Part shown: positions 54,716-64,000 of the stretch, one piece after another
Layout: each line of letters starts with the position of its first letter
Position numbering within the stretch: the first letter of the stretch is position 1
NCBI GenBank assembly: GCA_964016885.1
Contig: OZ024740.1
Coordinates: forward strand, 101,928,001 to 101,992,000
Source of the DNA: Eledone cirrhosa
Lineage: Eukaryota
Reading direction: 5' to 3'
Length of the DNA stretch: 64,000 nt
Notes under the pieces: generated by a model
Databases searched by the model: none
What the model was told of the DNA's origin: nothing
What the model saw: the letters and a program-made list of their open reading frames with translations, nothing else
Position numbers and translations under genes: made by a program

Positions 54716-56608
54716 CATCGGGTATAGCTGCCGAGACGCTGAAGGCATTTGGGTCTGTAGGTCACACTATAACCACACGTATTGTTAACCAGGTAATACC
54801 AAAAGATTGGTGCAGTAGCATCATTGTCAACTGTTACAAAGGTAAAGGTGATGCACTAGATAGAGGAAACTATAGAGGTATAAAGCTGATGGACCAGGTC
54901 ATGAAAGTAACAGAAAGAGTTATAGCACTGTTGATTAGGGACCGGGTGAAACTAGATGAGATGCAATTTTGGTTTGTACCAGGAAGAGATACCACTAATG
55001 CCCTCTTCCTTGTGAGGCAGTTACAGGAAAAGTACCTAGCTAAAAGTAAGCCAATCTACCTGGCATTCGTCGATCTTGAGAAAGCCTTTGACAGAGTTCC
55101 ACGTGCTGTAATCTGGTGGGCTCTTAGAAAACTAGGAGTAGATGAATGGCTTGTGAAAGTGGTACAAGCGATGTATAGGGGAGCAGTCAGCAAAGTTAGG
55201 ATTAGCAATGAGTATAGCGAGGAATTTAGCGTACAGGTTGGGGTCCACCAGGGCTCTGTTCTTAGTCCCCTCCTGTTCATCATAGTCTTGCAGGCAATAA
55301 CGGAGGAGTTTAAGACCGGATGCCCATGGGAACTCCTGTGTGCTGATGACCTCACACTTATAGCTGAATCTATGGTAGAACTAGAGAAGAAATTCCAAAC
55401 TTGGAAGCAGGGACTAGAAAGAAAGGGTCTCAAAGTCAACATGACAAAGACTAAGGTCCTTGTAAGTAGACGAGAAAACAGAACCCAGATCCCCTCAGGG
55501 AAATGGCCTTGCTCAGTATGTAGGAAAGGTGTAGGTAGGAACTCCATTCTCTGCCCCAAATATAAACAATGGATACACAAGAGATGTAGCGGGATCTCAG
55601 GAAGCTTAATTAAGAATGTAGGCTTCACATGCAGCAGCTATGCTGGGACAGCAAGCAGCAAACAGCCACAGGAAACAAGTACCACCAATCTCTGGGAGGG
55701 CTCTGTAGAAACAGTAGACAGCTTCTGCTACCTAGGTGACCGAATTAGCAGCAGAGGTGGGTGTTCAGAAAGTACAATAACTAGGGTAAGAACGGGATGG
55801 AAGAAGTTTAGGGAACTACTACCACTGCTAGCTGCAAAAGGCTTTTCCCTCAAAATAAAAGGCAGACTGTATGATGCGTGTATCTGAACAGCGCTGTTGC
55901 ATGGAAGTCAGACCTGGGCGCTGAAGGTGGAAGACTTATGTAGATTAGAGAGAAACGAAGCCTGCATGCTCCGATGGATGTGTAATAGTAATATACGTGA
56001 ACGACAAAGCATAAACGAATTGAGAGAGAGACTGAGCATAAGAGGAATCAAATGCTGTGTGCAGGAGAGGCGGTTGCGTTGGTATGGACATGTGATGCGT
56101 ATGAAGGATGACAGCTGCATAAAAAGGTGCAGAGCACTAGAAGTTGGTGGAAACCGCGGAGTGGGGAGATGCAAGATGACCTGGGATGAGGTGATAAAAG
56201 CCGACCTTACCCAATTACACCTCTCATGGGCGATGACACACAACCGTGACCTCTGGCATCACGCAGTAATACAGAATACCCGACCTCCCATGGGTACAAG
56301 CTGAAGCATATAGACAATATGCCCCCACACCCCCCACTGCAAGGTGGTCGTGGAGGTGCCACAGCAAAAAAGCACCCAGCCCACACTGTAAAGTGGACGT
56401 GTAGGCGCCACGAAAAAGCATCTAGCACTCACTGTAAATGAGGTTGGTGTTAGGAAGAGCATCCAGCTGTAGAAATCAAGCCACAATCAGTTCCTGTATG
56501 AGCAAGGCATGGTCAGCCGCCAGACACTGCCTACAACAGGACAACCCGTCTAACCCATGCTAGCGTGGAAGAACGGACGTAAAACGGTGATGATGATGAT
56601 GATGATGA
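54716..56608 (+). pseudogene. 5'-truncated decayed copy of RTE subfamily A
   Basis: Highly similar to 48396-50295 in the opposite orientation. YADD is changed to CADD, there is a short in-frame deletion, a premature TGA at 55885-55887, the same 3' UTR and (GAT)n tail, and TA flanks. Confidence 0.95.
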
Positions 56609-57184
56609 TATATATATTGGAGCCTGTCTTGAATTTTGAAATGTTGAATTTTACCCTTTGTGTTTATCAGTTCTATGTCCTGATTGAACTAATTGATTTT
56701 AAACATTCCTTGGCCTACTTCTATTCAATGCCAGTTATTTTGAAATTGGGCTGCAGTGCAATTGCAAAACATATGCACAATCAAAGAAAAGCAGCTTGCA
56801 GAAGAAAAGACTGCTAAAATTTTACTGAATTCTGTAAATTTTTCAAAATTGCATTTTTTAATCAAACGTGCATTCATAAAAATATAATGAAAAAATCTGA
56901 AAAGGAAAATTAGAGATATATTTGTGGCATTTGTGTAAGTAGTTGTGTGTGGTGTTTATGTATGTATATCTTGCAGATCATTCTTCATGAACAGTATCAT
57001 TACCAATGTCTCACATGAATGATATATGCATGCATGTGTGTATCATTTTGAGTTTAGATTAGACTTGCAACTAGAAACTTTAACTAGAGGTGTTTAAAAT
57101 CTGAAAACAGAAAGCAAGGGAGACAACTCCACCAATATCAGTGAATCCAAATTTTTGAAAATATAAGAAGGGATATCTACTGTT

Positions 57185-57218
<34 letters not shown>

Positions 57219-57655
57219 CTGAGATGACGGGGCATAATAACATGCTACTATGCTCGTTTCTGGGTCAAAAACAAAAGCACATTTTTTTTCTTCTGTTTTT
57301 TCCTTAAAGCCCCTTGGAATGTGTTTACCCTCATTCCGTTGGTATACATCTGTTATGCAATTTATACCTGAAGATGTCACCAGGTTCCTTACGCAACCTG
57401 GTCACTGAAATGTGCATAATGTTTGTAGAAATAAATAATTAAGAAAATTCAAGCTGTCTGGCCTCCTGTCATTTTACTTTATAATATATTTGACTCCGTT
57501 CCTGTACCACCAACAGGATTCAACATCAAAGATGGATGAGTTGCATAATGTTGAGTGCTTTTCTCATATTACATCATGGTTAACATTGCAGAATGACCAA
57601 GTCTACCCAGTGGTAAACCACCAAATTTAAACATATATATATAAACTAAATAGAA

Positions 57656-57709
57656 AGTATTGTTACATTGGAGTTTCACTTGTTTATGAAAGGGTCATCA
57701 GACAAGTAC
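57656..57709 (-). ncRNA. Hammerhead ribozyme motif, GUA triplet (weak stem II)
   Basis: TTGT-CTGATGA-ccctttcataaacaagt-GAAA-C[tccaat]G-TA-ACAA. Confidence 0.6.
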
Positions 57710-57761
57710 TCATTTCTCTCATCTATCAACCACATACGTATATATATATATATATATATAT

Positions 57762-57798
<37 letters not shown>

Positions 57799-58436
57799 GT
57801 GTGTGTGTGTGTGTAAAAAATAAATGGAAAGAACAAAGTAAACAATGCAGTTCAAGGAAGAAGTAGTTTAGTCCTTCATCAGATGATAGAACAATAAATA
57901 AAAGATGAAATCTCTACATCTATACCTGTAACCACTATAAAGATCACTTGATGACTTCAGGAAACTAAAGTGAATATGTTTTGCTGATGAGATCTAACAA
58001 GATCAAAACATATCCATTGCTTTAAAGGAATGTTTCATTCCTAACTGCATTATTTTTTTTTCCTAAAGATATTGTTGAAGTTATTACTTTTACTTTCTGA
58101 ATTTATATTTTAACACTTTCATGACTGTATTTCAAATGAAATACACTTTATTTTAATTAGTTAATGAAACATTTTGAGGGATTTACTAAAATGATTAATT
58201 ATTTCATTATTCAACATATAGTTCTTTTTTATGAGTGTTTTGCTTAATAAAATTATGTTGGAAGATTTTAATTATGTTTCATAGAACCAGAGCCAGTTTT
58301 GGTCAGGCTGGTGTTGAAACAGTTAAATGATTTCTTTTTCTTCTGATTGCTAGGATAATTTCAACCTCTAGTGGTATTTTCCATCTGCTTTATTGTTGGT
58401 TATTTATTTATATATATATGTGTGTGTTGGGAGGAT

Positions 58437-58484
<48 letters not shown>

Positions 58485-58488
<4 letters not shown>

Positions 58489-58678
58489 AAAAAGTATGAC
58501 CCCGACGGCAGAGCTCAAGCCGTTTCGATGGCTATTTCAGTCCAGAAATAGCCGTCGAAACGGCTTGAACTCTGCCGTCGGGGTCATACCTTTTCCTATT
58601 TCCCACTCTACTACCCTAAGTATTGAGTACTCTGGTGCGTTATGGTCCATCTGGTTCTTTACCACATTTCCTTTGTTA
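58485..58678 (+). mobile_element. Fold-back element family 2
   Basis: Arms about 58485-58538/58545-58599. Contains GAAAC-GGC[ttgaactct]GCC-GTC (hammerhead 3' half) at 58557-58579. Confidence 0.85.
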
Positions 58679-59087
58679 AGACCCGCCTTACCTAAATATA
58701 TAGTAAAACCTACTCCAGCCAGTAGGCATCTCTAACAAATACACCCCGTCCCACCACCCCCACCCGATCCACACCACCCCGTTCTATGTAAAGTTATGTT
58801 GGTGCCGCGCCATCGAGGCCGAAACAAATGAGATCGTGTAGGTGTCACGACAAAAAAACACACAGTCCACGCTGTAATGTGGCCGTGTAGGCAACACGGT
58901 AAAAACCTCCCAGACCCACACTGTAAATGTGGTTGGTGTTAGGAAGGGCATCCAACTGTAGAAAACCTGCCAGACAGTCCTATGCGAGCAAGACAATCAC
59001 TCTTGCCTCAAGTGGGACTACCCCCGTCCAAACCCATGCAAGCGTGGAACACGGACGTTAAACGCTGATGATGATGATGATGATGAT
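58678..59087 (+). mobile_element. RTE subfamily B 3' UTR fragment
   Basis: Reverse complement of 53877-54280; (GAT)n tail into TATA. Confidence 0.9.
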
Positions 59088-59675
59088 ATATATTTATATA
59101 TATATCAGAAGCAGCAGCATCATTATTTTACATCCATTTTCCTGTGTTTGCATGGAGTGGATAAGTCCTCTTCAGTATGGCCTGCTTCCACTCATTATAT
59201 TCCTTTGTGAGGCTCCATATTTTGAAATCAGCCCTAACCACATCTCCACAGATTTTCCTCAGTCTTTATCCATATGCATCACATGTCTATACCAGCCCAA
59301 TCATCTCTCTTGTACACTACAGCTGATTCCTCTCATATCTAGTTTTTCTCTCAGTTCATCTGTGTCCAGTTGTTCACACACACACTAACATTACACATCC
59401 AATGCATACTTCATTTCCCTCCAGCTACTGCATATCCTCTGCATTTATTATCTATATGTCACTGCCATGCAAAATCATACTTCTCATACAGGCATCATAC
59501 AATCTACCCTTATCTTGAAGAGAATCTCTTTGATGTCAACTGTTTCCTACCTGTTCTTCTAGCTAATGGTGCAATGTCAAAATAATAAAATTAACTGTAA
59601 AAAAAAAAATTAGAAATATACAATAACACACTAAAGGAACATAGTATAGTTCATTGGCATTAATGCTTGAATAAC

Positions 59676-59710
<35 letters not shown>

Positions 59711-59880
59711 CGTGTGTGTGTGTGCGTGTGTGTGTATAAATAGCATATGTATATAGTATATATATGGTAGTATTGGGATTTTCCAATATAGATCCTGGTA
59801 AAGACGAGAGAAGCTTGATGCTATTCAGTTTCCTGTATGTATGTATGTATGTATGTATGTATGTATGTATGTATGTATGT

Positions 59881-60490
59881 CAGGTCACAGGTTGGTGCTA
59901 CTGGTAACATGTATCCCAGTACAACCTGTCCCATGGTCGGGTCGTTGGCGACTAAACTGGCAACCCCACCAAGGTTTCTTGGTGAGGAGGGTGACTTTGG
60001 ACATCCTGCAGGACTAAAAACAAAACCTGTCAAAAGGGCAAAGGAGCTCTTAAGAGTCAATGGCCATCCAAAATCACCGGGAGAGATGACCCCTTAGCCT
60101 TTATCAAGGCAGAATTCTAGGAGAAGGAAAACTCTGATATAACACCTGCAACCCTGATGGTATCCAATGATGTTGACTTGTTTTTCTTTTTGGTAAATAT
60201 CATCTTGGTTAAGAGAGTGGGACTGGCTTTGTGCAGTGCCTTTGCTCACTATAAAAGCTTCACGGCACAGGCATTGCTTTATATCTGGAGATCTCTCTGC
60301 ACTTGTCGTCACATGGTACCATGGGCCCAGCACTATGTGTCAATAATTGTCACAAGTGTAGTGTTTGTACCAGAGTTTTCAAGTCACTGGCTGAGACTAA
60401 AAAGTCACACTCATTCAGCGCATCGGTAGGGGTTCTCCTACATGGATATAAAGTAGTGGCCGTACTCGAAAACGAGTTGGCAGCCACCAT
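59881..60490 (+). mobile_element. Dispersed element flanked by (ATGT)n on both sides
   Basis: 60191-60490 is a near-identical reverse complement of 22706-23004, which is also flanked by CATA repeats; highly structured 5' part. Confidence 0.8.
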
Positions 60491-60632
60491 GTATGTATGT
60501 ATGTATGTATGTATGTATCAACATCATTTTAACATGTTTCCATGCTGGCATGCATATATGTATCTGTATGTGTGTATGTGTGAATATGTGTTTATATATG
60601 TGTGTGTATGTATATATATATATATATATATG

Positions 60633-60964
60633 GAGGCACATGGATTAGTGGTTAGAGCATTGGCCTCGCAATCGAAAGGTTGTGAGTTCAATTGTCAGAA
60701 CGGGTGATGTGTTGTTTCCTTGAGCAAGATACTTTATTTCACATTGCTCCAGTTTACTCAGCTGTAGAAATGAGATGAAAGGGACTGGGATCCCTATCAT
60801 TCCACTGCAAAGTGGTAATGGAGGTGCCACGGCAAAAAAGCACCCATATAAATGAAGTTAGTGTTAGGAAGGGCATCCAGCTGTAGAAATCAAGCCAGAA
60901 TCAGTTCCCATCCCACCCTTGCAAGTAGGGAAAAAGCGGACGTAAAATGACAATGATGATGATG
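60633..60964 (+). mobile_element. tRNA(Arg)-like SINE with RTE-derived tail
   Basis: Copy of 39128-39463; anticodon-loop position reads CTCGCA; (GAT)n tail. Confidence 0.88.
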
Positions 60965-61657
60965 AATGATGATATAAAATACGCCCGCATGCATGCACAC
61001 ACACACACATACAGGCATACATACATATATAAATATATACAATGAGAGAAAAAATGTAAGAGATTTGGGACAGAGAGAGAACCAATTGCTTTATATTCAA
61101 ACATATATCCTTGTTATTTTCCTTTCATTAAATTTTTTACTTGTTATTTTTTGTTCATCTCTTAACTTAATCAATCTTTCTAATATTCCATTAATCTAAC
61201 TGTGGAGTAGAGTGAGAAAATTGATATTAATTACTTTTGAAAATATGCCTTACTTGATAGGTTCATGACTTATGTTGCAGTTGATTGGGTCCAATTGAGT
61301 CTAAGCCGGACAAATTGGGTGGAATAACTAAACAGATAGTTCTGTTAGGAGATTACATATAGCACCAGAAGGAGAGTTTATATGTATGTGTGTGTGTATA
61401 TATATATGTGGGGGGGGGTATATGTGTGTGAGTGTGTGTGTGTATGTGTGTGTGTAGATATATATAGACATACACACAACACACACACATATATATATAT
61501 ATATAGATAGATAGATATGTGTGTGTGTGAATATATATATATATACAGGATAGAATTAGTTTAAAACTAGTTACACCATTACTCAAGAGAGTACTTGATA
61601 CTTTTGGTAGTAGAGTATGGTTATATTATAAAGAGTCAGGACCCAACTCTTTATAAC

Positions 61658-61727
<70 letters not shown>

Positions 61728-61731
<4 letters not shown>

Positions 61732-62850
61732 ATAAATTTCAAGACTAAAATCCAAAGAGGGCTCGATAAGGATAAATATATATCAAATATATAAGAACCG
61801 TAGAGCAAATATTTATTAAAATAACAGATTAAAGTTTAAGCAAAGAATCGCTGCTTTCACCCTTAACGGGATCTTCTGAAACTAACAAAGTCAATCTGTA
61901 AACGCAGAAGTGGATATTTCAAAAAACGTTGCAACCGGAGGAAGACAGGAAGACGATACTTTGGTTCGTGGAAACGTTCGCTGGCAAAGAACGGGAAAAA
62001 ACGAATAAGATACGTCATTAATAGGAGCGGTGAAAAACAATTACGCGCAAAGACAGAACCACGTTTGTGGTATAAAAGAGGTCGTAGACTAATGTTCTCT
62101 TAGGTGGTTCATAGAGACGTTCTCTGGCAATGAACGAAACAAACGAAAATAATACGTTATATATGGAGCGTGAAGAACAATAGCACGCAAAGACAAAACC
62201 ACGTAAATGGTATAGCAGAAGTCGTAGACTAAAATTCTAACTAGGAAACCGAATGAATCTCCGCTACAGAGTTAAGAACAAAGTAAATAAATACAATACA
62301 GAAGTAATAGAAATAAATAAATACATACACGCAAACAAAAACGTACATACACAAGCATACGCAAAACACTTACCATAGGTATACAAAACCACGCACATAT
62401 AAATATGTGTGTGTGTGTGTATGCGTGTATACATATAAATAAATAAATAATTATATAAACGTATATGTCTTTGCGTGCTATTGTTCTCCATGCCCCACAT
62501 ATAACGTATTATCTTCGTTTGTTTCGTTCATTGCCAGAGAACGTCTCTATGAACCACCTAAGAGAACATTAGTCTACGACATCTTTTATACCATAAACGT
62601 GGTTCTGTCTTTGCGCGTAATTGTTTTTCACCGCTCCTATTAATGACGTATTATTCGTTTTTTCCCGTTCTTTGCCAGCGAACGTTTCCACGAACCAAAG
62701 TATCGTCTTCCTGTCTTCCTCCGGTTGCAACGTTTTTTGAAATATCCACTTCTGCGTTTACAGATTGACTTTGTTAGTTTCAGAAGATCCCGTTAAGGGT
62801 GAAAGCAGCGATTCTTTGCTTAAACTTTAATCTGTTATTTTAATAAATAT
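61728..62850. mobile_element. Large fold-back element (family 4), about 385-bp inverted arms with an internal ~145-bp tandem duplication
   Basis: 61810-62194 is the reverse complement of 62467-62850. The left end (61728-61810) matches isolated 3'-end copies at about 51728-51820 and 24722-24782. TA flanks. Confidence 0.88.
62776..62826 (+). ncRNA. Variant hammerhead ribozyme (core CAGAAGA), CUU triplet
   Basis: AGTTT-CAGAAGA-tCCC[gttaa]GGGt-GAAA-GCA[gcgattctt]TGC-TT-AAACT; identical mirror copy at 61833-61883 (-). Confidence 0.65.
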
Positions 62851-62887
62851 ATATATTTATTTTATATATATATATATATTTATTTCA

Positions 62888-63075
62888 TATAGAAAGGCTT
62901 CTACAGGACTAGAACTGTTTCATTCAGGAGAAATCTACAGGGCTTCCTGATGATTTCTCCCGAATTAAACGTTCTAGTCCTGTAGAAGCCTTTCTATATT
63001 AAATATTTATACTCTACTATGTATTGAGTACCTTACTTACTGTGGTTACCCCCGATTGAACCCGGTATAAACTTA
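62888..63075 (+). mobile_element. Family 1 fold-back element with mutated hammerhead (GAAA to TAAA)
   Basis: GGCTTC-CTGATGA...TAAAC...CTGTA-GAAGCC at 62941-62990; inverted arm 62888-62935 retains GAAA; same 3' tail as 18565-18643. Confidence 0.85.
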
Positions 63076-63080
63076 TATAT

Positions 63081-63584
<504 letters not shown>

Positions 63585-63833
63585 GGTCGGCTGACCAAAC
63601 AAGGTTTATTTTTGAATGGAATCATAACATCTGACTTATCAAAGATTGTTGTGATGTACAGGAGTTTCATTACCTACATCGATATGTAGATCTGGTGTCG
63701 CAGTGGAATATGCCAAATCACCTACAGTGTTACTTCATCACTTGATGAGATATCAGTTCCTGCATTCAGAGACAGAGTACAGCAGCATCTTTGGCACAGA
63801 CAAGTGTTTCCTAAGCAGCATATATATATATGA

Positions 63834-64000
63834 ATAGTGCAGGTAAAATTCCTGAGATCCATGGACGAGTTCTCTCCAGCAGTCTCAGTCCTTCATCGCC
63901 GCTGTGTCCAGCATCTCCCAGAGACCAGTGTCTGTCCTTAGGGCATCAACATATGTCAACCTCGGTCTCCCTCTTCCAGTGTGTTAGTGTAGGAGCTCCC
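63834..64000 (-). mobile_element. 3' end of the same LINE family as 52506-52808 (cut by window edge)
   Basis: Similar to 52520-52685 (GTAAAATTCC..GATCCATG...CTTAGGGCATCAACATA). Confidence 0.85.

Noticed and set aside
58541-58586. Complete hammerhead in family 2
   Set aside because: Only the GAAAC-stem III-GUC half is recognisable; no CUGANGA plus stem I found in any copy here
59881-60100. HDV-like ribozyme
   Set aside because: Could not assemble a convincing P1/P1.1/P2/P3/P4 nested pseudoknot by eye

Overview
AT-rich, microsatellite-saturated eukaryotic genomic DNA, either intergenic or a very long intron. The repeat content suggests a coleoid cephalopod (Octopus-like), which is an inference. 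No host protein-coding gene can be supported, and almost all short ORFs are translations of (TA)n/(CA)n/(GGT)n/(GAT)n repeats. Real coding signal is transposon-derived: a 5'-truncated but uninterrupted RTE-clade LINE ORF (APE endonuclease, RT, PHD-like Zn finger; 48697-51549 minus), a decayed sister copy in inverted orientation, and a Penelope-like GIY-YIG endonuclease fragment. There are also remnants of R4/Dong, CR1/L2, Rex3-like and mariner elements, two tRNA-derived SINE families, a non-autonomous Helitron and MITEs. The most striking pattern is a set of at least six unrelated short element families sitting in (TA)n tracts. Most carry minimal or variant type-I hammerhead ribozyme motifs, and several form fold-back inverted repeats. 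In these the inverted arm stops at a family-specific internal TA-rich site. This looks like a (TA)n-targeted Penelope/retrozyme-like retroposition system with twin-priming-like integration.
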